Assembly: GCA_943788515.1 (NCBI GenBank)
Contig: CALSQM010000001.1
Span: forward strand, 64,501 to 128,500
From: an uncultured SAR86 cluster bacterium
GTDB taxonomy: Bacteria > Pseudomonadota > Gammaproteobacteria > Magnimaribacterales > D2472
Length of the DNA: 64,000 nt
Reading direction: 5' to 3'
The notes beneath the pieces are model-generated. The model saw only the letters and a list, made by a program, of their open reading frames with translations, was not told the origin of the DNA and made no database searches. The translations under genes and the position numbers were made by a program. This document shows, one piece after another, positions 1-12,945 of the stretch (its first letter is position 1; every line of letters begins with the position of its first letter).

Positions 1-216
1 ATTAAGGTCTATAGATCCATTCCAATTTAACTCTTTTCCAAGTTCATACAGCTTTTTAATTCTATTATCTGCAACTGTGTAATCCCAGTTATAAGATCCT
101 GTAAGAGGTGTATTAAATATTTCAACCACATCTTCAACCTGATCAGGTGTCATGTTTACTTCATCATCAAAGTAGAGAAGTTCTTCTGGTGGTCCGTTTT
201 GTTTAGTAATTTTCAT
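1..216 (-). CDS. hypothetical protein, N-terminal 72 codons only (gene continues beyond left edge)
   Basis: ATG at 216-214 on the minus strand with AGGGAG 5 nt upstream. The frame stays open to base 1 (MKITKQNGPPEELLYFDDEVNMTPDQVEDVV...NWNGSIDLN). Absent from the ORF track because there is no stop in the window. No family recognised with confidence. Confidence 0.5.
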   Translation of the reverse strand, partial: MKITKQNGPPEELLYFDDEVNMTPDQVEDVVEIFNTPLTGSYNWDYTVADNRIKKLYELGKELNWNGSIDLN

Positions 217-273
217 TCTGCTCCCTATAATTAATGTTTGCACTGCACACATTAACTTATTTTATAACAGAAT

Positions 274-2053
274 CTAGTTTTTGAAAAGTTTTGTTAACTC
301 GTCAAGCAGAACCTCGCCTAATTCTTCAGCTCTATGGATTGTAATTGCGTTCTCATAGTACTTAGTTACATCATGTCCAATGCCGATTGCTTGAAGTTCA
401 ATAGGGCTATCCTTTTCAATTTGCGATATTATTTTTTTAAGGTGATTGTCTAAATAATCTTCTCTATTTGCCGATAGAGTACTGTCATCAACCGGAGCAC
501 CATCTGATATAACAATCAATATTTTTCGTTCTTCATTTCTTTTTATGAGTCTTTCATGAGACCAGCTAAGAGCTTCACCATCTATATTTTCTTTCAAAAG
601 ACCTTCTCTTAGCATTGCACCAAAATGTTTTCTTGACCTCCTCCATGTATTATCAGCACTTTTATAAATAATATGTCTAATATCATTAAGTCTTCCAGGG
701 TTGGAGATACTTCCCTTGCTAATCCATTCCTGTTTTGAATCTCCACCTTTCCAGTGTTTGGTAGTAAAGCCCAAAACCTCTGTCTTTATCTGACATCTCT
801 CTAATGTGCTTCCAATAATATCAGCACATATTGCAGCCAAGCTTATTGATCTCCCTCTCATAGAACCAGAATTATCTATAAGAATTGTTACTACAGTATC
901 TTTAAAATTAGCTTCTGTTTCTTGTTTATAACTTAAAGGGTGGCCTGGTTCTGCAATAACTCTGTGAAGACGAGCTGTATCAAGCATTCCTTCTTCAAGG
1001 TTGAAGTTCCAGCTTGTATTTTGTTTTGCTAGCAGCAAACGCTGTAATCTATTTGCTAGTTTTCCAATTGTAGTTTGATAAGGTTTTATAAGATTATCTA
1101 GTTGAACTCTTAATCTTATAGCCTCATCCGGGGTGGTCAGATCCTTAGCTTCTACGATTTCATCATATTCTGAAGTAAAGATTGAGTAATCAGTTCTTAA
1201 GGATTCTGTAAAATTATTATCAGGGTAGGAGAGTGCTTCAATTTCCTCATCTATAGATGCTCCATCTGATGTTGATGCAACCTGCTCAATATTTTCATCT
1301 ATTTCAATATCTATCTCTTCAAGAGAAGAATCAGAATCGGAATTCTCCTCATCATCATCTTGCTTCTGTTCTAGGTCTCCATTTTCAATTTCGTTTGAAC
1401 TTCCAGGAGATTCAAAAGGCTCATCTTCATCAAAACTATCCTCATCACTAGTAGATGTTAGTAAATTTATTTTTTTTAGGAATTCTTCAGATAGTTTGCT
1501 GAACTCTTCTTGATTTGATAGCTCTTGGATCAAATCATTCTTTAAGTGACTAAAATCTACAGAACTATATTTTTTATTAAAGTCATTAAGAATTTCTTTT
1601 GAAGTTGAAAGCAAATTGAATCCAGCCAGATCTTTAAGCCATAAATTTGCACAAAGAGCTTCATAAGCAGGAGATTTTTTATCACCTATAGCCAGACTTT
1701 TAGATTCTAAATATTTAACTATATTTGTCTTAGAGCCTTTAAAGTTTCTAGATCCAACTATCTCAACTCGTGACATCTCAAGCTCATTAAAAACCAATCT
1801 TGCAGGAAGGGTAAGTGGGATTTCTTTTAAGTTTTTATGATAAGCAAACCAAAAAGCTTGAAAGTCTGACTCGCCTCTCCAAGATGATAGATCTTTTGTA
1901 GATCTCGGTGTTGAGGATAGTGAGGCTTGATCTATAAGAGGGGGCCTCTTGAGGTACTCCATTTTTAGATGTGATATTTTTATTATTTGAAATAGCTTTA
2001 ATAGAGGCAAGTGAAGCCTCATGAAGTTTATCTCTATTTTTTATCCACCCCAT
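274..2053 (-). CDS. cobT: CobT-like vWA-domain protein (aerobic cobaltochelatase CobT family), apparent 1-nt frameshift near N-terminus
   Basis: ORF 274-2022 has the acidic D/E-rich linker and C-terminal vWA/MIDAS region ([33 protein letters not shown]) typical of CobT. The conserved N-terminus ([30 protein letters not shown]) lies in the overlapping ORF 1835-2053. Deleting one base of the coding-strand A5 run (plus-strand T5 at 1962-1966) joins them as ...[17 protein letters not shown]... Confidence 0.8.
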
Positions 2054-2060
2054 TACTTAT

Positions 2061-3041
2061 TTAGCTTTTAGGACCATCACTTTCAATATCCAAGTCAAAG
2101 CATCTTTGGAAATACTCAGACAATATAGGTTTCTCCATCTCATCACACTTATTAAGAAAAGTTAGCTTGAAAGATCCTACTATATCTTTAAAAATTTTAT
2201 AATTTTGTGCCCATGAAATTACAGTCCTAGGCGACATTAAAATTGAGATATCCCCAGTGCTAAAACCTGATCTTGTGAGGTTTGCTAGTTTAATCATATT
2301 TTTAAGGATCTCTTGATTCTTTGTACTTTTCATCTCGCCAACTTGGGATGAAACTACTTTATATTCTTGCTTAGGATCTAGATAATTCAATGTTGAAAGG
2401 ATATGCCATCTATCCATTTGGCCTTGGTTAATTTGTTGTGTTCCATGATAAAGACCAGTCACATCTCCTAACCCTACAGTATTTGTAGTTGCAAATAATC
2501 GAAAAGACGAATGAGGAGTCACAACTTTATTTTGGTCTAACAATGTCAATTTTCCTTCCACTTCTAAAATTCTTTGAATTACAAACATGACATCAGGTCT
2601 ACCTGCATCATATTCATCAAACACTAAAGCAACAGGGTTTTGAATTGACCAAGGCAAAAGACCTTCTTGGAATTCTGTTATTTGCTTGCCATCTTGAAGT
2701 TTTATAGCATCTTTACCCAGTAGGTCGATTCGACTGATATGACTATCAAGGTTTATTCTTACGCAAGGCCAATTCAGCCTAGCCGCAACTTGTTCAATAT
2801 GAGTTGATTTTCCAGTTCCATGAAATCCTTGAACCATAACTCTTCTGTTATGTTCGAAGCCAGCTAAAATAGATAAAGTAGTCTCTTTATCAAATACATA
2901 ATTAGGGTCTATTTCTGGAACCCACTCAGTTTTTTCTTTGTATCCTTTAACGGTGATCTTGGAGTCAATATTAAATGTTTTTGAAACATCAATCTTAAGA
3001 TTGGGTTTTATTGGAAGATCTATATTTGAATTAATGGCCAT
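2061..3041 (-). CDS. cobS: CobS-like AAA+ (MoxR-type) ATPase (aerobic cobaltochelatase CobS family)
   Basis: 326 aa. Near-consensus CobS blocks: GFHGTGKSTHIEQVAARLNWPCVRINLDSHISRIDLLGKD, ALVFDEYDAGRPDVMFVIQRILE, FRLFATTNTVGLGD, YHGTQQINQGQMDRW. Immediately upstream of cobT. Confidence 0.9.
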   Translation of the reverse strand: MAINSNIDLPIKPNLKIDVSKTFNIDSKITVKGYKEKTEWVPEIDPNYVFDKETTLSILAGFEHNRRVMVQGFHGTGKSTHIEQVAARLNWPCVRINLDSHISRIDLLGKDAIKLQDGKQITEFQEGLLPWSIQNPVALVFDEYDAGRPDVMFVIQRILEVEGKLTLLDQNKVVTPHSSFRLFATTNTVGLGDVTGLYHGTQQINQGQMDRWHILSTLNYLDPKQEYKVVSSQVGEMKSTKNQEILKNMIKLANLTRSGFSTGDISILMSPRTVISWAQNYKIFKDIVGSFKLTFLNKCDEMEKPILSEYFQRCFDLDIESDGPKS

Positions 3042-3169
3042 GCTTAATTTTTATTTAGTGTAATTTGTAACCATCATACTTTTTGACTTATCAAAGTTCT
3101 AGTTTTTTTGTAAACAATGTAAGATAGTCTTCCACCATCACAGCAATTATCTCAAAGGAGCTTGGGCAA

Positions 3170-4059
3170 ATGGACAAAAAAAATAATCTTTTAGAAAAGT
3201 CCTTAGACCTATTTTCATTAAATAAAATAGATAGAGATATTTATACCTGGACAGGTAAAAATGTTGGTTGGGCAAGAGTCTTTGGTGGCCAGGTTATGGC
3301 TCAGACTTTAATAGCAGCTTATAAGACAATTGGTGTTGATCATTATGCTCATTCCTTTCATTCTTATTTTTTAAGACCAGGGCATATGGATAAGCCTATT
3401 ATTTTCATGGTTGATAGAATTAGAGATGGGAAAAGTTTTTCAACAAGAACTGTTAAGGCACTTCAAGATGGCGAGGCAATTTTTAGTTGTTCAATATCTT
3501 TTCAAAAAGATGAAGATGGTCTTGAGCATCAAATTCCAATGCCGGATATTCCTGGGCCTGAGAATCTAAGAAATGAGATTGAAATCAGAGAAGAGTTACT
3601 CAAAAAACTCAACATGAAGGCAGAAGATATGCCTGTTTTCTTGCGTCAAAAAGAAATTGAAATGAGACCAGTAGAGCAGCAAGATTACTTTAATCCAAAA
3701 AGACTACCTCCTTATAAAAACACATGGATCAAGCCTGAAGGTGTAATTCCCGATGATCAAAAAATTCAACAAGCCTTTCTTTTATACATATCTGATATGG
3801 GCTTAATTGCTGCAGCAAATAACTCCATAGGGGTAAATTTTTTAACTAAAAACCTTCAAAATGCCAGTCTTGATCATGCAATGTGGTTTCATCGAAAAGT
3901 TGATCTTAATGACTGGTTTTTATATTCAATAGACAGTCCAATTACTAGGAATGCTAGGGGTTTTTCAAGAGGCTCTATTTTTTCCCATAACGGAGATCTT
4001 GTTGCTTCTTGCACCCAAGAGGGGCTGATAAGGCTTTGGCCTGAAACAAAAGAAGATAA

Positions 4060-4063
<4 letters not shown>
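3170..4063 (+). CDS. tesB: acyl-CoA thioesterase II
   Basis: 297 aa. GGQVMAQTLIAAYKT...HSFHSYFLRPG...IIFMVDRIRDGKSFSTR matches the E. coli TesB double hot-dog sequence. AAGGAG Shine-Dalgarno about 8 nt upstream of the ATG. Confidence 0.9.
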
Positions 4064-6807
<2,744 letters not shown>

Positions 6808-6823
6808 TTACATGTTATAATTT

Positions 6824-9800
6824 ATGCTCATACTAAATAACTACATTATGCCTGGGCTATTTAACAAGAAAGATTTTCGAGATAACTGTGGGTTTGGCCT
6901 AGTTGCTAATACCAATGGAATTAAATCTCATAAAGTTATTACTACTTCAGTAGATGCTTTGATTAGTATGACCCATAGAGGTGGGGTCGGCTCTGATGGC
7001 AAGACTGGAGATGGTTGCGGACTTCTTTTTGATATAGACCATAACTACTTCAAAAATAAAATTTTACAAGAACAAAAAGTGGATCTTGGTGATCACTTTG
7101 CTATAGGCCAATTATTTTTTACAAAAAAACTTAAAAATATTACATCTGAACTCGAAGAAATTTTAAATAAAGAGTCATTAACACTTCTAGCAACAAGGGA
7201 AGTTCCAGTTCAAAAAGATATTCTTGGCAAGATAGCACTAGACTGCTTGCCAAACATATATCAAATTTTTATAAAACCAAAATCTAAAGATTTTAATCAT
7301 CAAGAGTTTGAAACCAAACTATTACAAGCCAGGAAGTTTATCGAAGAAATTTTTATGGATGATGAAACTCTTTATATTTGCTCTATGTCATCCAAGACAA
7401 TTGTTTATAAAGGATTGATGCTTCCTAAGGCAATAACAGACTTCTATCTTGACTTAAATCAAAAAGATTTTAGAGCATCAACTTGTGTTTTTCATCAAAG
7501 ATTCTCTACAAATACAAGTCCCAGATGGCATCTTGCTCAACCATTTAGACTTCTTGCCCATAATGGTGAAATCAATGCAATTAGAGGGAACAGGAATTGG
7601 GTTAAGGCTAGATCATCTAAATTTTCTACTCCTCTTATACCAAAGATTCAGAAATTTAAGCAACTGGTAAATGAATCTGGATCAGACTCTTCATCATTGG
7701 ATAACATGGTGGAGCTTCTGGTTAAAGGGGGAGTTGATCTCTTTAGAGCTGTTCGTATGGTTCTTCCGCCAGCATGGCAAAATACTCAAACCTTAGATCC
7801 TGATATAAGAGGCTTTCATGAATATAATTCTATGCATATGGAGCCATGGGATGGGCCAGCTGGTATTGTCATGGCTGATGGCAAGTGGGCTGTTTGTATT
7901 TTAGATAGAAATGGACTCAGGCCTGCAAGATATCAAATAGATAAAAATAATATTATTACTGTAGCCTCAGAAACAGGGGTAAACCCTATTGATGAGAAAG
8001 ACATCATAGAAAAAGGAAGAGTTCAGCCTGGTGGAATTCTGGCAATTGATACCTCCCTAGGAAAAATTTATAACCAATCAGAAATTGATCAAGTTCTTAA
8101 AGAGCAATTTCCATATCGAAAGTGGTTAAAGGAAAATGCTGTATATATTGAATCAAGCTTAGATGCATACGAGGGCCCTGGTTTAAAAAAGATAAATCCT
8201 AATAAATTTATCACAGCATCAAAACTTTTCCTTCTTTTCAAAGAGGAGAGAGTATCAGTTATTAAACCTCTTGCAATTGAATCTCAAGAAGGAACTGGAT
8301 CAATGGGCGATGATACTGCTCTGGCAGTTATGAGCAAAATGCATAGGCAGATGTATGACTTTTTTAGGCAACAATTTGCACAAGTAACAAATCCACCAAT
8401 TGATTCCTTGAGAGAGGTTGGGGTTATGACACTGGAGACATGTTTTGGTCCAGAGCTAAATATTTATGAAGAAACTCCTGAGCATGCCAAAAGGCTTGTA
8501 ACGACGTCCCCAGTCCTGTCACATAAAAAGCTAAACGCAGTTTTGAAGAATAAGTATTTTAAATCTGAAGGTATAGATTTAATTTTTGATAAATCAGTAA
8601 GCCTAGAAAAAGCTATCAAAAATTTACAAAAGGTTGTGGTAAAAAAAGTAAGAAATGGCGCATCGATAATTCATTTAATTGAAGATGTCCCTCTTGAAGG
8701 CAAATTAACAATTAATGCATTATTAGCAGTTGGAGCAGTGCACCAAAACCTAGTTGAGCTTGGGTTAAGATCAGATGCAAATATAGTTATTAGCTCATCA
8801 TCTGCAAGAGATACTCATCAAATAGCATGCTTAATTGGGTTTGGGGCAACTGCTGTTTATCCATCATTGGCATATCAGACTATTCTTGATCTTACACAAA
8901 GAAATGAACTAAAAGGGCACCCTCATGAAAACTGCTCAAGGTATAGAAAAGGAGTTAATAAAGGGCTTCTTAAGATAATCTCAAAAATGGGAATATCTAC
9001 TATATCAAGCTACAGAGGATCTCAATTATTTGAGATAGTAGGCCTAGATAGTGATGTAATTAACCTTTGCTTTACTAATACAACTAGTAGAGTTAGGGGT
9101 AAGAATTTTAAAGATATAGATAAAGAGCTTAGAGCCTTGGATGACTACGCTAGATCAAACTTATCCGACATGAATGTAGGTGGACTGCTTAAATATATTC
9201 ATGGCGGTGAATACCACGCATACAATCCAGAGATTGTTAAAAAATTACAGGAAGCTGTTACTTCTGGTTTAGATGCTACTTATAAGGAGTATTCATATTT
9301 GGTTGATAATAGGCCTCCTGCCATGCTCAGAGACCTGCTAGAGGTCAATACCGAAAAAAAAGAGATAGATTTAGAAAAGGTAGAATCTCAAAAAAACATA
9401 CTTAAAAGATTTGATTCAGCAGGAATGAGCTTAGGTGCTTTATCTCCAAAGGCTCATGAAACTCTAGCTGAGGCAATGAATGAGCTTGGTGGCAGATCTA
9501 ATTCTGGAGAGGGTGGAGAAGCAGTTGAAAGATATGGCACGTCAAAAATGTCTAAGATTAAACAAATTGCTTCTGGAAGGTTTGGTGTCACTCCTCATTA
9601 TTTAGTGAATGCTGAAGTGCTTCAAATCAAAATTGCTCAGGGCGCTAAACCTGGAGAGGGTGGTCAGCTACCTGGAGGAAAAGTTAATAAACTAATTGCT
9701 AAATTAAGATACTCGACTCCTGGAGTGACATTGATTTCTCCTCCTCCTCACCATGATATTTATTCAATAGAAGATTTAGCCCAACTTATATATGACTTAA

Positions 9801-11281
9801 AAGAGGTAAACCCAAAAGCACTTGTTTCTGTAAAGTTAGTCTCTGAGCCGGGCGTAGGAATGATAGCTTCTGGCGTAGCAAAAGCCTACGCAGATTTAAT
9901 TACAATTTCAGGTCATGATGGTGGCACTGGAGCTAGTCCATTAACTTCTATCAGATATGCTGGATCTCCGTGGGAGCTTGGGCTAGCTGAAGCTCATCAA
10001 AGCCTCCGAGATAGCGGCTTAAGACACAAGGTTAGGCTTCAGGCCGATGGGGGAATGAAAACGGGTTTAGATGTTATAAAGGCCGCTATTCTAGGATCAG
10101 AATCTTTTGGTTTTGGAACCGGACCAATGATAGCAATGGGTTGCAAGTATTTAAGAATATGCCATTTGAATAATTGCGCAACAGGTGTAGCAACTCAAAG
10201 AGAAGATTTAATCAACCACCATTTTGTTGGCGAAAAGGAAAAGGTAATGAATTATTTTAAATTTATTGCCAATGATGTTCGCGGCCACTTAAGTGTTATG
10301 GGAGTTTCTAGAATTGAAGATATTATTGGTCAAACACAGTATCTGGAGCAAATTAGTAATCTTGAGTCCCAGTACCAATCAATTGACCTTAGCGATCTAC
10401 TCTATAAGGATACTAAGACCAATGAAGCATTTTTCTGTACCTCAAGAAAGAATGCACCTTGGGATAAAGGAACTCTTTCAAAAAAAATCTTAAAAGATGT
10501 AAAGCCTTTAATCGATAAACATCAATCAATATCTAAGGATTATAAAATTTCTAATACCGATCGGTCTATTGGTGCCTCTTTATCAGGCTATGTTGCTAAA
10601 AATTTTGGTGAAGAGGGGTTTAAAGAACAATTAAACATTAACTTCACAGGATCAGCGGGTCAAAGCTTTGGTTGTTGGAATGCAAGTGGCATTAATCTCA
10701 ACATAGAAGGCGATGCAAATGATTATGTAGGCAAAGGCATGAACGGTGGAAGAATCGTGGTTAAAAATGATAGCCAATATGCAAAAACAAACTCAAATAC
10801 ATCTTTGGTTGGGAATACCTGTTTGTATGGAGCAACAGGTGGCGAGTTATATGTATCTGGAAGAGCGGGTGAAAGATTTGCAGTTAGAAACTCAGGAGCT
10901 AATGCTGTTATAGAGGGAGCTGGGGATCACTGCTGTGAATATATGACAGGAGGCCATGTAACAGTTTTAGGATCTGTTGGTGCTAACTTTGGAGCAGGTA
11001 TGACAGGTGGATTTGCATATGTTTTAGATGAAGATAAAACATTTTTTGATAACTGTAATAGAGGCTTGGTAAACCTTGAAAGAATCACAACAGAAGACAT
11101 GCAATCACACAGAAAACATCTTAAAGAAATAATTAGAGCTCACTTCAAGCTTACCAATAGCTCTAAAGCTAAGGAACTAGTAGACGATTTTGATAAGTTT
11201 GAACCATATTTTTGGCTTGTTGTTCCAGCAGCATCAAATATTCATGATCTCTTAAAGGCAACTACCGCAAATGCAGCTTAA
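6824..11281 (+). CDS. gltB: glutamate synthase large subunit
   Basis: 1485 aa. Amidotransferase N-terminus DNCGFGLVAN, FHQRFSTNTSPRW, LAHNGEINA, FMN domain and C-terminal GXGXG domain. More likely start is ATG 6848 (MPGLFNKKDFRDNCGFG). Confidence 0.95.
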   Translation: MLILNNYIMPGLFNKKDFRDNCGFGLVANTNGIKSHKVITTSVDALISMTHRGGVGSDGKTGDGCGLLFDIDHNYFKNKILQEQKVDLGDHFAIGQLFFTKKLKNITSELEEILNKESLTLLATREVPVQKDILGKIALDCLPNIYQIFIKPKSKDFNHQEFETKLLQARKFIEEIFMDDETLYICSMSSKTIVYKGLMLPKAITDFYLDLNQKDFRASTCVFHQRFSTNTSPRWHLAQPFRLLAHNGEINAIRGNRNWVKARSSKFSTPLIPKIQKFKQLVNESGSDSSSLDNMVELLVKGGVDLFRAVRMVLPPAWQNTQTLDPDIRGFHEYNSMHMEPWDGPAGIVMADGKWAVCILDRNGLRPARYQIDKNNIITVASETGVNPIDEKDIIEKGRVQPGGILAIDTSLGKIYNQSEIDQVLKEQFPYRKWLKENAVYIESSLDAYEGPGLKKINPNKFITASKLFLLFKEERVSVIKPLAIESQEGTGSMGDDTALAVMSKMHRQMYDFFRQQFAQVTNPPIDSLREVGVMTLETCFGPELNIYEETPEHAKRLVTTSPVLSHKKLNAVLKNKYFKSEGIDLIFDKSVSLEKAIKNLQKVVVKKVRNGASIIHLIEDVPLEGKLTINALLAVGAVHQNLVELGLRSDANIVISSSSARDTHQIACLIGFGATAVYPSLAYQTILDLTQRNELKGHPHENCSRYRKGVNKGLLKIISKMGISTISSYRGSQLFEIVGLDSDVINLCFTNTTSRVRGKNFKDIDKELRALDDYARSNLSDMNVGGLLKYIHGGEYHAYNPEIVKKLQEAVTSGLDATYKEYSYLVDNRPPAMLRDLLEVNTEKKEIDLEKVESQKNILKRFDSAGMSLGALSPKAHETLAEAMNELGGRSNSGEGGEAVERYGTSKMSKIKQIASGRFGVTPHYLVNAEVLQIKIAQGAKPGEGGQLPGGKVNKLIAKLRYSTPGVTLISPPPHHDIYSIEDLAQLIYDLKEVNPKALVSVKLVSEPGVGMIASGVAKAYADLITISGHDGGTGASPLTSIRYAGSPWELGLAEAHQSLRDSGLRHKVRLQADGGMKTGLDVIKAAILGSESFGFGTGPMIAMGCKYLRICHLNNCATGVATQREDLINHHFVGEKEKVMNYFKFIANDVRGHLSVMGVSRIEDIIGQTQYLEQISNLESQYQSIDLSDLLYKDTKTNEAFFCTSRKNAPWDKGTLSKKILKDVKPLIDKHQSISKDYKISNTDRSIGASLSGYVAKNFGEEGFKEQLNINFTGSAGQSFGCWNASGINLNIEGDANDYVGKGMNGGRIVVKNDSQYAKTNSNTSLVGNTCLYGATGGELYVSGRAGERFAVRNSGANAVIEGAGDHCCEYMTGGHVTVLGSVGANFGAGMTGGFAYVLDEDKTFFDNCNRGLVNLERITTEDMQSHRKHLKEIIRAHFKLTNSSKAKELVDDFDKFEPYFWLVVPAASNIHDLLKATTANAA

Positions 11282-12348
11282 GCAAAAGATTTTTCTAGGC
11301 TTTTGTTATTGAATTGGTTAGTTTTAAAAGCTACTCCTTTTGAATTAATAAGAATCAAGCTTAATTTTCCTGATAACACCTTCTTATCATTAGATAAGTA
11401 CTTTTTTAAGTCTTTAAACTTATATTTTTCATAGTTGCTTTCAAGGCCCAATGAATCAATCAAGTTTATTATATTATCTAGTTGATGAATCTTAATATGA
11501 CCTTCAAAATAAGATATTTTTGCTGCTATAACCATTCCTAGAGTAACTGCTGCTCCGTGAGTTATACCTTTATAATTTTTAGAAGCTTCTATGGCATGCC
11601 CAAAAGTATGACCAAAATTTAGAATAGCCCTTACACCATTTTCTTTCTCATCTTGGGTAACTATTTTTGATTTAGTTATGATTGATTCCTCTATGATATC
11701 TTCAAGAATATTAAGATTTCTTGATTTTATTTTTTTAGAATTTTCATGTATTAATTTATATAGTTTTTTATTTCCAATAAATGCATATTTAATGACTTCT
11801 CCTAAACCTGACTTATATTCTATTTCTGGCAAGGTTTCCAAGAATTTACTGCTAATGAGAACAAGGCTGGGATTATTAAAAGAACCTACTAAATTTTTAC
11901 CTTGTTTAATATTAATAGCAGTTTTTCCTCCAACCGAAGAATCTACTTGAGCCAAGAGCGTAGTTGGAATTTGAATGAAATCTATACCTCTTAAATACGT
12001 TGCAGCACAAAACCCAGTAATATCTCCTACTACACCACCTCCAAAAGCTATCATTGAATCAGACCGATCAAACTTTAAATCTGCTAACTTTTCTTGAATT
12101 TTGATGAACGTTGAAAATGATTTGGATTTTTCTCCACATGGAATCACATGAAAATATAATTGTTTTTTAAAGCTTAGAAGATTTTTAAGTTCTCGAATGT
12201 ACTTACCAGGTATTCCTGAATCAGTAATAACAAGAATTTTACTTTTAGATTTTAAATGTTTTGAGAGTCTAATTTTTGTAATAGCATTTCTTGCTATAAA
12301 AACATCATATTGTGAATTTTTTTTCCCAACCTTGATAATTTTAGCCAT
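11278..12348 (-). CDS. aroB: 3-dehydroquinate synthase
   Basis: 356 aa. GGGVVGDITGFCAATYLRGIDFIQIPTTLLAQVDSSVGGKTAIN, HTFGHAIE. Downstream of aroK as in the conserved aroKB operon. Confidence 0.95.
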   Translation of the reverse strand: MAKIIKVGKKNSQYDVFIARNAITKIRLSKHLKSKSKILVITDSGIPGKYIRELKNLLSFKKQLYFHVIPCGEKSKSFSTFIKIQEKLADLKFDRSDSMIAFGGGVVGDITGFCAATYLRGIDFIQIPTTLLAQVDSSVGGKTAINIKQGKNLVGSFNNPSLVLISSKFLETLPEIEYKSGLGEVIKYAFIGNKKLYKLIHENSKKIKSRNLNILEDIIEESIITKSKIVTQDEKENGVRAILNFGHTFGHAIEASKNYKGITHGAAVTLGMVIAAKISYFEGHIKIHQLDNIINLIDSLGLESNYEKYKFKDLKKYLSNDKKVLSGKLSLILINSKGVAFKTNQFNNKSLEKSFA

Positions 12349-12850
12349 AGTTCTTAACTAACTTAATTATTTCTGAAGATACCTGTTGGCTTGATTTATT
12401 TTCTGTATCAACTGTATAGTCTGAAACTTCTTCATATAAACTTTCTCGAGCAATATGAAGATTTTTTAGTATTTCACCAGGATCTCCATCTTTAAGCAAT
12501 GGCCTATCTTTATCTTTTGAAGTCCTTTCAAGCTGAACTTCAATTGGAGTAGCCAGGTAGAAAACCGTTCCTCGTGATGACAAAAGCTCTCTATTCGTTT
12601 CAGATAAGATAATTCCTCCACCAGTAGATAAAACTATAGAGTTCTGCTTAACCATCTCTTCTAAAACTTTGGTTTCTCTTTTTCTGAAGCCATCTTCACC
12701 CTCTAGATCAAAGATCCAATCTATGGATGCACCAGTTCTTGTTTCTATTTCCCCGTCAGTATCAAAAAAATTTAAAAATAATTCACTAGAAATTATTTTT
12801 CCAACGGTTGATTTTCCTGATCCCATCGGACCTACTATAAATATATTCAT
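12341..12850 (-). CDS. aroK: shikimate kinase
   Basis: 169 aa. P-loop GPMGSGKSTVGK, FFDTD, STGGG. Overlaps the aroB start by 8 nt. Confidence 0.9.
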   Translation of the reverse strand: MNIFIVGPMGSGKSTVGKIISSELFLNFFDTDGEIETRTGASIDWIFDLEGEDGFRKRETKVLEEMVKQNSIVLSTGGGIILSETNRELLSSRGTVFYLATPIEVQLERTSKDKDRPLLKDGDPGEILKNLHIARESLYEEVSDYTVDTENKSSQQVSSEIIKLVKNYG

Positions 12851-12945
12851 AATTTTATTTCAGAATTTTAACACCTTACTCCTGAAAATACCTTTTTTGA
12901 TATTAAAACTTCATTGTTTAAGAGATAATAATAAAGTTATAAATT

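Noticed and set aside
231-255. Inverted repeat TTAATGT-N11-ACATTAA between the cobT stop and the next gene's start, considered as a terminator or attenuator
   Set aside because: The stem is only 7 AT-rich base pairs with an 11-nt loop and no following U-run on the transcribed (minus) strand. It sits about 13 nt upstream of a good AGGGAG Shine-Dalgarno and is too weak to call.
1290-1460. Repetitive acidic stretch in cobT ([11 protein letters not shown]...[12 protein letters not shown]...) considered as a DNA repeat array
   Set aside because: It is a D/E-rich low-complexity linker characteristic of CobT proteins, with no regular DNA period and no spacer structure.
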